Positions 24,555-38,494 of a stretch of 64,000 nucleotides of DNA are shown piece by piece. The notes beneath the pieces are model-generated. The model did not search any database and was not told the DNA's origin. It was given only the letters and a program-made list of their open reading frames with translations. The position numbers were made by a program, and so were the translations under genes. Position 1 is the first letter of the stretch; every line of letters starts with the position of its first letter. Origin of the DNA: Ostrea edulis. Taxonomy: Eukaryota. Location: the NCBI RefSeq assembly GCF_947568905.1, contig NC_079173.1, forward strand, positions 35,464,001 to 35,528,000, read 5' to 3'.

Positions 24555-24596
24555 CTGAAAAAAAAAAAAATTACATCAGACTACAATATCTTCTTT

Positions 24597-24732
24597 AGCA
24601 AAACAAATGTAATATTCAGAAAATACCACTTTATTGATTCCAGCAAAACAAATGCAATATTCAGAAAATACCACTTTACTGATCCCAGCAAAACAAATGT
24701 AATATTCAGAAAATACCACTTTATTGATTCCA
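24597..24732. repeat. 45-bp tandem repeat, 3 copies
   Basis: AGCAAAACAAATGTAATATTCAGAAAATACCACTTTATTGATTCC. Confidence 0.92.
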
Positions 24733-25899
24733 GACCTGTTTAAGAGGTGAAATGTTACTCTGAACATATGCAACAGCTAGTTCAGTCAATTTTCATCACA
24801 TTCAATATATAGTACATGCATCATCACTTTGGGAGGCATTAACCTATGATTATGTGTTTTTCCACTCTTTCATTTCATTTTACGAAGGAACACAGAGTTC
24901 AAAACAGGATATTTAACTGAATGCAATTGTTTGTGTTTCAATAAACATTCAATCAAGCTATTTTCACAATGTTACTCATGCAATTTCAAATTAATAAAAG
25001 CCTTTTGAATCAATACATTTTGTTTATCATGATATGGAAGCTAAAACAACAATATTCATGGATTTTTCTCTAAAGAATTGGTTTCATCTGATGCCAAACA
25101 CAAATGATTAAAATTGACATTCAAATTACCAATTGTACATGACAAAACAACAATTAATCTTATACACAGAAACCAGAAATCCAACCAATTAGCCTCAAGT
25201 GCATTGCTCTGACCTTCTGGCAATTAGATCTGACATTTTCTTGGACTCTTTCTGGGCCAAATTAAGGCTTTCAAATAGGGACCAATTGTGATAGAGCACA
25301 CTGGCCCACAAAAAATCAATCATGGCTGAAACATTTATGGATAACTATGGGCTTTTTTTCTTTTCTTATAGACCCCGGCTCAATCCTCCAAAAACACAAA
25401 AAGTCTCCAAGGAAACCAGCTACTCAATAAAAACATGCCAGAAGAAAAGCTGGCTAATTGAAATGTTACATTCCGATAACATGAAAAACCACCAAAGGGG
25501 ATTTCTAATTGATCCCTTCTTATACCAGCTGCTTCACAGAGACAAAAAATACTACAATTCCAAAGCCATTATTGGTCGATTTTAATTACTGCTTTGTTCT
25601 TTCCTGTTTGGCTGGAGTTTTAGGGTAATGAAAATGAGATTTCAATCACCTGATCGTGACTACCATCATGTTTTATTACATGATAATATCTGCTTCACTG
25701 AATATGGGTGAATGGAGTTCTCTCCCTTTGGACCGGTAATTACATTTTGCACACCTACACAAACCTTTTACATAAGCATTTTAATAAAACACAAACCTTC
25801 TACATAAGCATTTGATAAAAGTCAAGTGTAGATGATCAGAAAGAAAACAAGAGAAGGGTATATCACAAATCACAATGTTTTAACTATACCATTAATATA

Positions 25900-26077
25900 C
25901 AGTCAAATCTCATTATCCTGAACTTGATGGAACCGAGAGAAAACTTTCAGATATCTGAGGATTTGAGACATCAAGGGTAAAATACTTTAAGAATATGTGG
26001 TTGGGATTTCCAAATCACTTTGACATATTTTCCATGGTATTCGAGATATTAGAGTTCCAGATACCACAGTTCAACTG
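25900..26077. mobile_element. Short pogo/Tc1-like MITE remnant
   Basis: TA-CAGTCAAATCTC start and ...GAGTTCCAGATACCACAGTTCAACTG end form degenerate TIRs. Confidence 0.4.
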
Positions 26078-26514
26078 TTTGTCTAAATGAATTTTGGACA
26101 CGACTTCCGAGGTAATACTTCAATGAGGAAGATAGCGGGGAGGACAAGCATGAATGTTTATAACTGCTCTCACATACACATGCACAGACCAAGCAATGAC
26201 ACAAAGGAAAAACATTAAGTGATAAAATGTCCCTATCATCTAGAGAGACTATCAAAAGGCCTGGAGGTTATAAAACATTTTTGAGCACGTTTTCATACTC
26301 AAACTCAATGCTCTAAATCGTAATCATGCTCAAAATGAAGGCTATAAAACTTTTATGAAATTATTCTCACAATAAAATGGAGTATATGTTAATACTCAAG
26401 ATTTTTCGAGCATGCTGGGAGCTTGCTCAGAGTTGTACTCAAACATGGGTGAGTTTGAGTACGAGTACAGTAAAAGTTTTATAACTTGCAGACCTGATGT
26501 TTCAATGGGGTTAC

Positions 26515-26775
26515 CTTTAAATCCTTCCGTCTCGAAACTAATAGTGGGCGGGATGTTGGGAAACAGACTCTTTGTAAGCGGGGAACGGATTGCTGGTTTG
26601 GCCGGAACCGCAGTTGCCGGTCTCACGGTACGGGGACGTACGTCATCTTCACTAGGTGTACTAATCTGTCGAACACCTGTGACAGGTCGCATGGTGCTGG
26701 CAGACTTGGCACGAGAGCGGGCCGAAGACGACCGACGGGACAGACTACTTGTGATAGAATAGCCATCAGACCCTC
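26515..26775 (-). CDS. TTLL4: TTLL4 coding exon 4
   Basis: GGSDGYSITSSLSRRSSSARSRAKS...LTKSLFPNIPPTISFETEGFK; TTTTTAG acceptor, AAG|GTAACC donor; 261 nt. Confidence 0.92.
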
Positions 26776-26790
26776 CTAAAAACAGAATAT

Positions 26791-26920
26791 TGATAATGGT
26801 AACACTAAAATCAGTAAAAGTCTCTATAACAAACAAACCATTCCCTACAATACAACAATGATAATGGTAACACTAAAATCAGTATAAGTCTCTATAACAA
26901 ACAAGCCATTCCCTACAATA
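26791..26920. repeat. 68-bp tandem duplication next to the exon-4 acceptor
   Basis: TGATAATGGTAACACTAAAATCAG at 26791 and 26859. Confidence 0.88.
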
Positions 26921-28237
26921 ACATCATAATGAATTATATTGAATAAGTTAGGACTAATCTTGTACACAGCATCCCTCAAGTTTGACTAGTGTATATATAT
27001 TTTCTTATACATGTTAAATTCCCAGTTTTCTGACCCTCTCCATGGAATTAAACACAAAAATATGATTTGGAATTCTTCATAATTGCGGCAAATTTGTTGG
27101 CATCATTATTCTGGGGTAAAAGATTTCTCTTCATTTATAGTGGCAAAGTAAAATTTTGTGGATCACTCAATGAAGAAATAGTGGAGACCTATGGGCTCCC
27201 AGTGCCAACTGAGTATCACCCAAAATAGAACACAAATGAGAAGTGCATCTTTAACACTCTAAACAACTGGATGTAATAGGTGACCTCTGTGCAAAATATA
27301 AGCCCCTATTACCTCTTAATTACTAAGCAGTGGTGGACCTTAGTACTCAAAAATTTGTATTTTTAGTTTTAACTTTCAAATTTCATTTAATTTCTCGAAA
27401 ATTCATAGTAGACATCATCAAATAGTACTCAGGAATAAGAAACACCATCTAAAAATAATCCACCTGAAGTCATGTGAAAAATATATCATATGAATACAAA
27501 TGACAATCATTTTCATTCTTTAATAAAAATCACAGACAGTGTTTATAATTTTATATCAGAAGTATTTTCATAATTAAGCAAATCTTTAAATTTGCGTACC
27601 ATTCAAGAATAGTTTACAATGTTCTACAGCCTAAATTCTGATAAAGTTTAAAGTTTTCATAACTTTGTTTAGAATTGGACATGTAAAAAAAAGTGCAATC
27701 AGACAAGTGACCAATGGACAATTTACTCGTGGCTATTTTTGTGAATGTTGAGGCCTGCATGAGGATGTTTTCCTGTTCAGTATAGCTTTTATGTCAGGTG
27801 GTCAGGAGTACATTGGATTTTTTTTAAATTTACATTAATTGTTCCATTTGTAGAGGAAATCAGCTCTTCCCTTAAGACCCCAAAAAGGGCAAGGACTATG
27901 AAGGTAACGATGAATGGATGCCAAACGCAATAGGGCACCAGGCACTCAGATGACTAAAAAATGTTTTAAGTGTGTGTTACATAAAAATTCCTTGTTGGTT
28001 TAAATCAGTGGATCCTATACGGAATTTCAACACATGAAATCCACATTCGAGTCCCCCCCAAAAAAGACAAATTTTCAGTAGATTGAAATATACATGCATC
28101 TTTTGACGGGTAAGAGGAAACGCTTTTGCAGATGTCAATTTAGATTTCTGTTGTGTCTGACAAAAGATCACAGTATCTCCCTTAGTCAAAACATCAGAAT
28201 GTTTTCAGAAATATGACTTAAAATTGTATAGATTTAC

Positions 28238-28359
28238 CATCCGAGCCTTCCGAATCAACACAGTCATCATCTAAATTATCAATTCCATCATCATCATCAT
28301 CATCATCATCGTCTAAGTCTCCATTCACTGAGGCCTCGCCATCTCCAGGCTGGCGTTCC
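28238..28359 (-). CDS. TTLL4: TTLL4 coding exon 3 (acidic, poly-Asp)
   Basis: ERQPGDGEASVNGDLDDDDDDDDGIDNLDDDCVDSEGSD; TTTTACAG acceptor, G|GTAAAT donor; phases 2 to 1 match both neighbours. Confidence 0.88.
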
Positions 28360-30334
28360 CTGTAAAAGTTATATGAAATATATAATAATATTATTCTTAG
28401 GATTCAAAATTTAATCACCGCATGTATTACAATTAGTACAGCATTTAGTATAGTAGTGATGACTTATCATACCGCTAAGAATACACTATAATAGTACATA
28501 ATTGTTAAATGTTTTAATTCTTTTCTCGGTTTTCCTTGTTTTTTTGTTCAGTGTAGGATACTGGCATGACTAGCATGCACTTAGCATCCAATTAATATCT
28601 GTTGATGAGAGTTTTCTCTTTCCAGTGTTGAAGCATTCAGCCTGTAAACCAGTCCGACTTCAATGAATTAGGAGTATATACACCAAGTCCCAAGCCATTC
28701 TTCTTTATCAAGCTGCCTTGTGTTAGATATTTTTAATTGCTTGATAGCTTATTGAGGTTTACATTTCTGTTGGTCCACTAGAGATTGCGATAAATAGGAG
28801 GGTTTCTAAATGTATGTAGCTATGTGACTATATGTTTAATATGTTGTGTATATGGTCTGAATAAGGGTTTCTATATACACTCTTGTGGAAGTGAAGTCAA
28901 ATATTGACAAAGTGTCTCAGAGAACCATAAATAAACTCTAAAAATCAGCCCCTGGTAGTACGGGTCAACAAAAGCTGCTGACTTCTTTAACTTTAGTCCC
29001 ACACTTAGCTATCAGCTTATCTCTGCCTAACTGATTATACATATTCCTCAAATTTTGTTAAATAAATACACATGCTGTCAGACTGCAAAGACCTTCTAGT
29101 CAGAATTTCTTTTTTATCAACCTTGATAATATAGAATTCATACAGAGAGTTTCACAGTTTCTGAGTGTTATTCTTATTTCATTTGCATTACTCCACTATA
29201 ATAAATTTAATATAAGGACTTACATGTAGGAGGTTATACGAGTGCCTGTATGACATACAAAGAGATCACAATTTCAATAAGCGTTGCTTTGCAGATCAAC
29301 ACAATGACCTGCACCCTTCTGAATAACAATATTGGCAGATGTTTTGTAACCTGAGTGCTTGTTGGAGGATCATAAGCATTTGAAATCTAACTTGAGCTAC
29401 AGACTGCAGTCTGGTACTACAAATCCAGTCCAGCATTATCACTTTCAACGACATGACACAATTATACAATCAGCTTAAAACCGGAAACCCACCTCCAGGA
29501 GATATTCTTCATGTTTATCCAGTCAGGGTTAGCATCGTACAAATCATGTATGGAGAGAACCTCAAACAGATCCCACGCCCCACTGGACAAATCCTTACCC
29601 CCAAGGTCCAAGACCGGCACCTCCCCCGGGCCAACACGCTTGATAAACAATTTTGTGGTGTGGCCATGTAGAACTGAGTACTTACAACCCATCCAGCAAA
29701 CATCAGCACACTTATCTCAAACAGTTAGGGGTGGGATTAACAAGGATTATTGTAAGATTAATGATTGTATTCATGCTTTAAATGCCCACTAGCTTAGAAA
29801 CAAATGTGTATTGTGCAAATATGAATACAGACTTCAATACATATGTACATGTACCCATTTCTATATATATATAACACTTCTAATGAACCCCGAGATCTCA
29901 ATATCAGCCTGATAATTTGTCCTGTGCTGATATTAGGTGTTCTATAAGGGTACTCTATAAGGGTACTATGCTTATTATATACACAGTACAAGTAATAACA
30001 CAATACACCAACCATAAAATAAACACAAAAAATACAATTATGTTGAATGACACTACGTCTCAAAATCAGTTTGTTTGATACATCAAAATTACATCCTCAA
30101 ATTAACAAGCAAAACCTGAGCCTTGGAAAAGTTCAAATCAAAATATGTATAAAAAATTGGAAGAAAAAATGTAATTAAATAACTGTCTGAATATCAGAAA
30201 TCAATAGTATAATCTCTCTTATATATGATACTCTACCATTCTTAAATATAATCAAGGATTTACATAGCATAAACGTTACTATGCCCATATGTATGTTGCA
30301 TCTTCACAGATTTAAAAATTTCTTTGTCATGGAC

Positions 30335-30625
30335 CAAGACTGAACTCATCATCCCTAAGACCGAACTCATCCTCCAGATCTAGAGATGAGATATCCCCCG
30401 CCTCATCATCTTTCAGATCTGAAGATGAGATCGAACTCCTCATCCCCAAGACTAAACTCATCCCAAAGATTTAACTCCTGATCCCCAAGACCAAACTCCT
30501 CATCCCCAAGGCCAAACTCCTGATCCCCAAGTTTGAACTCCTGATCCCCAAGTTTGAACTCCTGATCCCCAAGGCCAAACTCCTCATCCCCAAGACCAAA
30601 CTCCTCATCCCCAAGGCTGCACTCT
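30335..30625. repeat. 21-bp degenerate minisatellite
   Basis: AACTCCT(C/G)ATCCCCAAG(A/G)CCA units. Confidence 0.85.
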
Positions 30626-30694
30626 TCATCCTCCAGATCTGCAGACAGCCTCAGAACTTCCTGAGCTGCATTAAGGCCGTGGAGCATTGAATAT

Positions 30695-31145
30695 TTGTTG
30701 TTGTCATCTGTCTGTCTCAAGAGACAATGGAGAACTACATGTATATGTATGCCAAGTCAGTCTGTTGTGCTGGGCCAGCTGTGAAGTCCGATTTTGGAAT
30801 GACAATGGAGAACTACATGTACATGTATGCCAAGTCAGTCTGTTGTGCTGGGCCAGCTGTGAAGTCCGATTTTGGAATGACAGCTAGCTAGGTTCACACA
30901 GTCTGCAACAGGACTGGACTGGTGACGTCACCTGTGGGTTCTCTTTCCCTCATTTGATTTTCCCTCCTTAACTTTCCCTGCTTGGTTGTATGCCTGTGGC
31001 AACGATACAGCGCCAGCTTTTGCGCTCGAATGTGAGCTGCTCCAGGTCATCAGGGCATCTGCTCCAGGTCATCAGGGCATATTTCACAGGCCTCTAAGTT
31101 ACGTTTGCAGATGTCCTGGTGTGGTTTGGTCAAACTGTGAGCCAT
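30695..31145 (-). mobile_element. RTE-clade LINE 3' remnant with an internal 78-bp tandem duplication
   Basis: Decayed translation ICKRNLEACEI.PDDLEQLTFERKSWRCIVATG and CHSKIGLHS (RTE C-terminal motif); 3' end CCATTGTCTCTTGAGACAGACAGATGA(CAA)n; duplication units start at 30723 and 30801. Confidence 0.62.
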
Positions 31146-31269
31146 GTGCCTATTTATTTTTTCTATCAAAAAGACATTTATTCCCTTATATATGGAGGTG
31201 AGGATATACTGGCAATATAGATTTATTAGTAGGTCAAGGTCTGCAATCAGAACTCATCTAGCAAAGGGC

Positions 31270-31392
31270 GAGAGGTTCTAAATGGGTGAGAGGTTCTAAA
31301 TGGGTGAGAGGTTCTAAATGGGTGAGAGGTTCTAAATGGGTGAGAGGTTCTAAATGGGTGAGAGGTTCTAAATGGGTGAGAGGTTCTAAATG
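31270..31392. repeat. 18-bp minisatellite, about 7 copies
   Basis: GAGAGGTTCTAAATGGGT. Confidence 0.95.
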
Positions 31393-31881
31393 AGTTGGAG
31401 TCTGTCAGTGTAAAATATAATGGTACAAGTGCATGCACTTTGTTTTTTACACTAAAATTGGAGTTTTCAGACAACAGTCTAGAGATCATCAGCCATAGTA
31501 TATGGCATATTTAGCACCTTTTTTATTGGTCGACCATTGTTGTGTCGGACGGTCCATTGAGTTATGTATAAATTTTCACCCATCGTTCAACGATGAAAAC
31601 CAGCAATCCATTCAGTGCTCGACAAGCAGTCAATGACTGACCCATTTGTACACGTTTATATCACCAAGTAAATCATCAGAGTAATTATAACGGGATTATA
31701 CTCAGTGTCTACAGTATTTCTATAAGCTGACCAATCAAAAATATCAGATCAGTTTTAAGGAGCTTGGCATGGAATGCCTAAAAAAATTGGTTATATAGAA
31801 GAGTTAAAACAATTGTAGTGTTTTAAATTAATATTTATATATATATATATATTGCTTAAAGTCCGATAATATATAGGTATA

Positions 31882-32036
31882 GGGGTGTCCAGGTAGCGCA
31901 GAGGTAGCATTCTCGCTTTTCACCGCTGCGACACAAGTTCGATCCCCATGATCAGCAATGGTTGTATGTGAGAGGGTATGGCAGTCGCCCGCTCAGACAC
32001 ATGGGTTTCCTCTGGGTACTCTAGTTTCCTCCCACA
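31882..32036 (+). mobile_element. tRNA-derived SINE head with V-domain-like core, truncated at the HINE insertion
   Basis: A box GGTAGCGCAGAGG, B box GTTCGATCC, core GGGTTTCCTCTGGGTACTCTAGTTTCCTCCCAC. Confidence 0.7.
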
Positions 32037-32660
32037 AATGTCCAGTTTGACCCTTGACCTTTGAGCTCAAAATCAATAGGAGTCATCTTCTCCTGAAGAT
32101 GTACCAGTGTACCAAGTTTAATGTCTGTCAAGAAAAGGGTTCTCAAGATATTGAGTGGACAGTATATTCCAATGTCCAGTTTGACCCTTGACCACACGAC
32201 CTCAAAATCAATAGGTGTCATCTTCTCCTGATGATGTACCAGTGTGCCAAGTTTGATGTCTGTCAAGCAAAGGGTTCTCGAAACATTGAGTGGTCAATAT
32301 ATTCCTATGTCCAGTTTGACCCTTGACCTTAAACCAGGTGACTTCAAAATCAATAGGGGTCATCTACTCCCTTAAGATGTACCAGTGTACTAAGTTTGAT
32401 GTCTGTCAAGCAAATTCAAGGGTTCTCAAGATATTGAGCGGACAGTATATTCCTATGTCCAGAGTAGATTGACCCTTGACCTTTAACCTTTTGACCTAAA
32501 AAACAATAGGGGTCCTCTTCTTTTCATAACCAACCCACATATGAAATATCATTATGATCAAGTGAATGGTTCTCAAGATATTGAGCGGACAACATGTAGT
32601 CTACCGACCGACTGATAGGTGCAAACTAATATGCCCCTCTTCATTGAAGGGGGGCATAAA
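32037..32660 (+). mobile_element. 5'-truncated HINE-like element with four internal repeats
   Basis: Repeats of GTCCAGTTTGACCCTTGACC...GATGTACCAGTGTACCAAGTTT...GGTTCTCAAGATATTGAG; 3' TGCCCCTCTTCATTGAAGGGGGGCATAAAAA hairpin end. Confidence 0.72.
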
Positions 32661-35600
32661 AATGTGAAATCCTTCAAATACATCTATTTAACATCAGCAT
32701 CAATAAGTATATTCAAGTGTTTTGAATGCCCTATTCAAAAAGCAGAGTATTGTGTTAAAACCCCAACTACCCGTTGAATTTATAAATATTAATTACACAA
32801 ATGAGACATGTCAAGGAAAATTTTTATGGAATTCCAAAAGATGTACTGTTTATGTCTTGCACTTTAGACTAGGTGACAAAGCCATCATCATTTCATTGAT
32901 CTTAATGACCCAACACTCAGTTATAAACTATAACATCTTTACTGTATATTCCTAAATAATATAAGGTTATTTACGGCTCATGTTTGCATTAAAAAAAAAT
33001 TGAAAAAAATTGATTTGAGGCATATTTGCAGTGCTGTGAAATGAACATTAAAAAATGTTCAGAAACTTCTGTTTGTGGTTCAGAAGAGCTAATGTAGACC
33101 TGACAAGCCAAAAATCCATACAATTTTAATTTTCAGGAGAAAGTGTGTGTGAAAACACCAAACCTTCTGTGTCTCTACAAACACATCAACATGAAGCCAT
33201 CCATCTGCACCATAGGAACATTGGTGAACTGCCAACAGAGACAGACACTGCAGCCAAGTCCACAGGCATGATTTATCTGGTGATTTAGTGGGGGACAATC
33301 TCGTATAGTCTGCTGATATCTCATGAGTTTTCTACTCAGATGCTATTAGAGGGCATCTATACTCAAATCTACCGTTCCACAAAATGAGCACTCAGGATTT
33401 TTTTTTCAAATTAAACTTTCCGGCAGGAGAGAGTTTGCTTTGAAGACCCATGCACTTTCTCAAAAGTGCAATATACAATGTATAATATAAATTATATATA
33501 TAGAGTTTACAAATTTTGACCACACCATACTTTTTTTTTTCTTATAGTTTGATTAATTTTTCTTCCTATCAAAAACGTATACATGTATTCCAAAATTTTA
33601 AACCATGATATAGATGTTTCATTCTAAGCTCCTAACAGACAAGTACATACACATATATGTCCATAATTCAGAGAAACTGTGAAACCTGGTAAATTTAAAT
33701 TAAAAGCTTACTTGTAAATTTGGTCTTTTACCATTTTGGCAATTTTTCATCAAAACTAGCCAATTTGAGTCACTGCTTCCCCCTCCCCTAATGTTTTATG
33801 TTAATTGTGTGCTTATGCAAATCAGTGTAATCGGGTACTTTGCAGTACCATTCAGTACTCAAGCATAGTATCCATATAAATCTGAATAAAATCATTTTGT
33901 GAAAATGTTCTATCATAATAGTTTTGTATATAATTTGAAACCATAATCATTGATAAAATTAAAACTAAGTTTAAGATTATATCAAAATAAAGATTAAAAT
34001 AGTAAATCAAAATTTTACAAACAAACTTTTTTGAAACCAAAATGACAGCTAATATTGCTTTAAAGAAACCTTTCTAAACTAACATGGCATCCGTCTAAGA
34101 TTCCGCTGCTAACAACAACATAAACATTTTGAGGCACTTAACCCATCACACAACCCTCTTTTCTTCTGCCAAGTGTCATTTAAAAGTTAAATCTTATCTT
34201 AAAGTCTACACAATATACAGCAAGTGTTGTCTTTTCTCTTGTCAAACGCAGACCACGCATGGAATCCTTAATTTCTTTAAATGACTATATATATATTATA
34301 CACATTATATAGATTTCTTTTGATAGATAAAACTGAATCTGCAGGAGATCTAAATAGTTTTTACTTTGAAATGTTTTTGATGATTTGTTTGGTTTTGCGT
34401 GCATATAAGGTCACAGATTAACCTGCAGGAGATCCTCATGTTTGATCATTAAAGTTGCTACTGCATGTCGGGCTCTTTCAATATGGAACATGTTACGATG
34501 TGTTACAATTAAGATTTCAAGTTCAAAGACACATTTAAATAGATGATTCAGATTCATATGAAAGTGACAAAACCAGAGTGATATAATGAATAAATTGGTT
34601 GGAGACCAATGTTTTATCAATTATGTAGCAATCGGGACCAAAGCACATGCATGTATAAACCAGAAATTGGCAAATTTCAAACCTTGAATAAATTTTCTAA
34701 TTGCTGATAATTTTAAAGAGATATAATCACACCTCCATGAGAGCGAGGACAGGGGGAAAAAAATCTTTTAATGTGACAATGGCTTCAAAGTATTTTCATA
34801 CAGTAACGAAACCTCAAAGTTGCCATCATGCTCACTCTACAATTATAAAACATTTTTCCCTAACATCAAAGATTTTTGCACATATACTCAGCTTAATCCT
34901 CAGCTTAAAACCACACAAAGTTGTCTCAGATACAAGTAAGTTATGTAAGTTATAGAACTCAGTTCCCCCAGAGTAGGGATCATCCTATCCAAACATTAGT
35001 TGTACAAATATCATGTTCGCGTCATTTTCTCTCCATAAAATTTACAGTTTTTTGTTCGAACTGGAGAGACCTGGCAGTCCTGCGATAAAGGAGAGTAACA
35101 AATCATGTTTAAAAATCTTCAACAGCCCTCTTCAAAGTGTGGGTCCTTGTACATGATCAATACTTTGCCAAAGAGATAAAAAGAACTAAAATATTCCAAT
35201 ATCCATACTGAAGCAATCTGAGTTGAGTGCCTTAAATTGAGTCATAGCGGGTCCCTACTATCATGCATACTGTAGTTTCTTAGTAATTCTACAACTCTCT
35301 TGTCCACACAAATTGCAATTGATTAAGTTTCATTCATTTTTTTTTTTTTAAAATGGTTTCATCATACTGTTACAGAAACAAGAAATATCTCGTCACAATC
35401 AGTTACTTTAATATAATCATGTCAATAAACAATCGTGAATATAATAAGATCATTTTTACCACTACACAATATAATGTCTGCGAAACTACAGGAAATGTTT
35501 GCCAAAGAATTTAGTTTCAAGTCAAGGAAATATATGTGACCAAAATCACATGCAAGATGTCACCAAGTCACCACAAGCACTTCATCGACATTGATGTATT

Positions 35601-37450
35601 GAACATCAAATTGATTCTTAAATCTTCCCATGTCTTAAGAAGTCACTCAAGAAATAGGGCCAAGTTTTGGGACGACTGTCTGAAACTGACTCTGTCTGAA
35701 CCTGTTCTTGTTCGGTCTATACTGTGTTACCATAGTTCTCTCGAGTGTTGTACTTTAGTGAGTGTCAGGAAGAACACATTTGCTCTTTCAGTTTGTGATA
35801 AGCCCGTTTAGATTAATATTTAAAATCTCTATCAGTTTAGATTAATATTTCAAATCTCTATCAGTTCAGATTAATATTTCAAATCTCCATCAAAAAAGGT
35901 ATAAAAAAAAAAAAAAAAGACAGTCTGTTGGACTCACATATAACCACTATACCATGCAAAAACAAATTACAAGAGAATTTGGCCATCAATTTTCATGATA
36001 TTTTAAATTCTTTCACTGTATATCTTAAAATTCACTTTCTCCTCATTATAACATGACTGCATGAAAACTAGCTCTCACTAAATTCTCTTTTTAATTCACT
36101 GAATGGGTTGTTAATGACTAGCTGACTCTTAAACATTTATAAAAAGAAGAATATAAAATTCCAGACAGCAATATGACATTAAGGATTCCTAATGATCAGT
36201 CTCAGATAATGAACCATACAACTTGAGCTCAATTAATTCTTTCTTAAATTCTACACATAAAGAAGAAAATTCTGCCCAGGAAACAAATAATCAATGCTTT
36301 ATTTTACATCACATTATATGGTGTTATCTTCCAAGTGCTTTCCTAAACAGCCTATTCCACTTCTAGCTGAGTGCATGGCATTATACTGAGCAAACAGGCA
36401 GTAATAATGCCCAAATCATAGGCTAGAAAGCTACCTTCCATGCAGAAATCATAGGAAAGAAACCCCATCTTATCCCAGTCTTCCACAGAACCCCAATTCT
36501 GTAAATTCAGTCATGCATGCAATTTCCAACTGCTGAGAAAATACATGAGAACTATATACACATGTATCTACTAATTCAGGTTTCTTATGCTGCTGGGATT
36601 GGTCCACTTCTACATTGAAGTACAGGATGAGAGCCAAGATAGTTTATGTGGTCATCTGGTCAGTATAGGGCTGTTAAGAACATACTATCTCTCAGAGACA
36701 AATCTCCAGAGTAACAGAAAGGCCATCTTGGTGACCAAATGTTGAAAATCTTTGTACAATTAAATATCCCGTAACAAATTATTGCATCCTAAAAATACAT
36801 AAAATTGAAGTTTGCAGAACTGAGATGCCATGAATGAATGAATTTTGAAGTTCGCAGTTGGAAGATTATACATTTCCCAAATTCACTGTGAATTAAGTCC
36901 TTGCTAGCTTACACTGAACATTATTGAATTCGTGAAAAACTTAATATACATGTATATTAAAAGGTCTAACCTCATTTGAGGGGACTCTCTAACAGATATA
37001 AAATTAACATACGGTACAGCAATGAAAATAAAACAGACAATTTACATATTTCTATTTCATATTTTTGGGGGAATTCACACTGGGTAAAATACTACATCTA
37101 CCAACTTCTCCTATCTATAAACAATTAGGCAGCTATACATATATATTTAGTTTCTGGGATTCTAATTGAGTAAACAGCATGTGCTGAGTTTGACTATATG
37201 GATCACTATTATACATGTACTCCATTTAACTGATCAAGATATAGGGCTCAATGCAGGTGTGACCCAGGTTAACAGGGAATGCTTATTCCTCCTAAGGACC
37301 GTAGTGATATAATCATAATCATAATTATGATGAATAATAACTCATTAAGGAGGTACTTTACATCGTCATAATGGCTACCTTCATTTAAAAACATGGAGGA
37401 AAAATCAATATCGGCAATATTTGACTTTTCCTTTTCAATTGAAATACCTA

Positions 37451-37520
37451 GCCGAGTAGTTCAGTAGGTTAGCATACCGACTGCTGAACTGTAGGTCGCT
37501 GGTTCAAGTCCAGTAGGGTT
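37451..37520 (+). mobile_element. tRNA-like Pol III head (SINE or tRNA pseudogene)
   Basis: TAGTTCAGTAGGTTAG A box and GGTTCAAGTCC B box; the acceptor stem does not pair. Confidence 0.5.
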
Positions 37521-38300
37521 TAAAAAAAAAAAAAAAATTCAGATTGGATCTTCTTCTAAACCTGTATTTTTTGACAAAATAAAGTAAATTTGAAAATTTT
37601 CAACTTCAAAATATTGTTGTACAATATCCTCCACTTTTCATCTACAGCAAATTTCTCTGATGTAGCATACCTCTTTAAATGTTTGATAGACCATGAAATT
37701 TACAGGATATGCTCCAAAAAAATCAACTCCTGAAAATTAATTATTTATTTGTTAATTGTTTTAAAGATTTAGGAAGGAGAAAGAATAATATACTGTCTCT
37801 TGCTCTAAGATTATATGTAAGTGGGCAGACATCATGTCTCAAATGAGAAACAGTATTTCTTATAAAATCAGGACTAGAATCATAGTTATTAATGCATACC
37901 AAACAATGGTGCAATTTCTATCTTGATTAAAGAGCTGAGCATCAAGGTTAAATCAGGGGCTGCATTTATTACGGGTCTGACTTAAAAGGTTTCAAATGGG
38001 GTGCTATATATGGAAAAGGGTTGATCATATTTATTACATCCTTCCTTATAACATACAATAGAGAAAACAGATGTTATTTAGATTTATAGACCAGCTGTAC
38101 CATGCATGGATCATTATTTAGATTTATTATACTTTCATGCAATGTAATTGAATCTGATTGGCCATGAAACATTTGAAACAAATCAAGAAACTGATAACCT
38201 AATAAGGCCAAACTCCAAGGTCATGAGGTCAAACAGTTTGCTACCTAAAGGAAGGTCTTGTTACAAGGAATACAAATGTAAAATACATGTATGACAAGCC

Positions 38301-38494
38301 TATCACCCCTCGGAGTATCCATATCAGCCCCTCGGGGTGTTCATATCAGCCCTCGGAGTATTCATATCAGCTAGCCCTTGAGAGTATCCATATCAGCCCT
38401 TGGGAGTAATCATATCAGCCCTCAGAGCATATTTATATCAGCCCTCGGAGTATTTATATCAGCCTTCGGAGTATCTATATCAGCCCTTGGAGTA
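38301..38494. repeat. About 21-bp minisatellite, about 9 copies
   Basis: CCCTCGGAGTATTCATATCAG. Confidence 0.9.

Noticed and set aside
29599-29673. Possible 75-nt symmetric cassette exon of TTLL4 (CTCAG acceptor, GG|GTAAGG donor, open in phase 2)
   Set aside because: The acceptor lacks a polypyrimidine tract and the peptide has no recognisable TTLL4 similarity; not supportable without RNA data.
37451-37520. tRNA gene
   Set aside because: A and B boxes are present but the acceptor and anticodon stems do not pair; treated as a SINE head or pseudogene. The same applies to 31882-31950 and 61995-62055.
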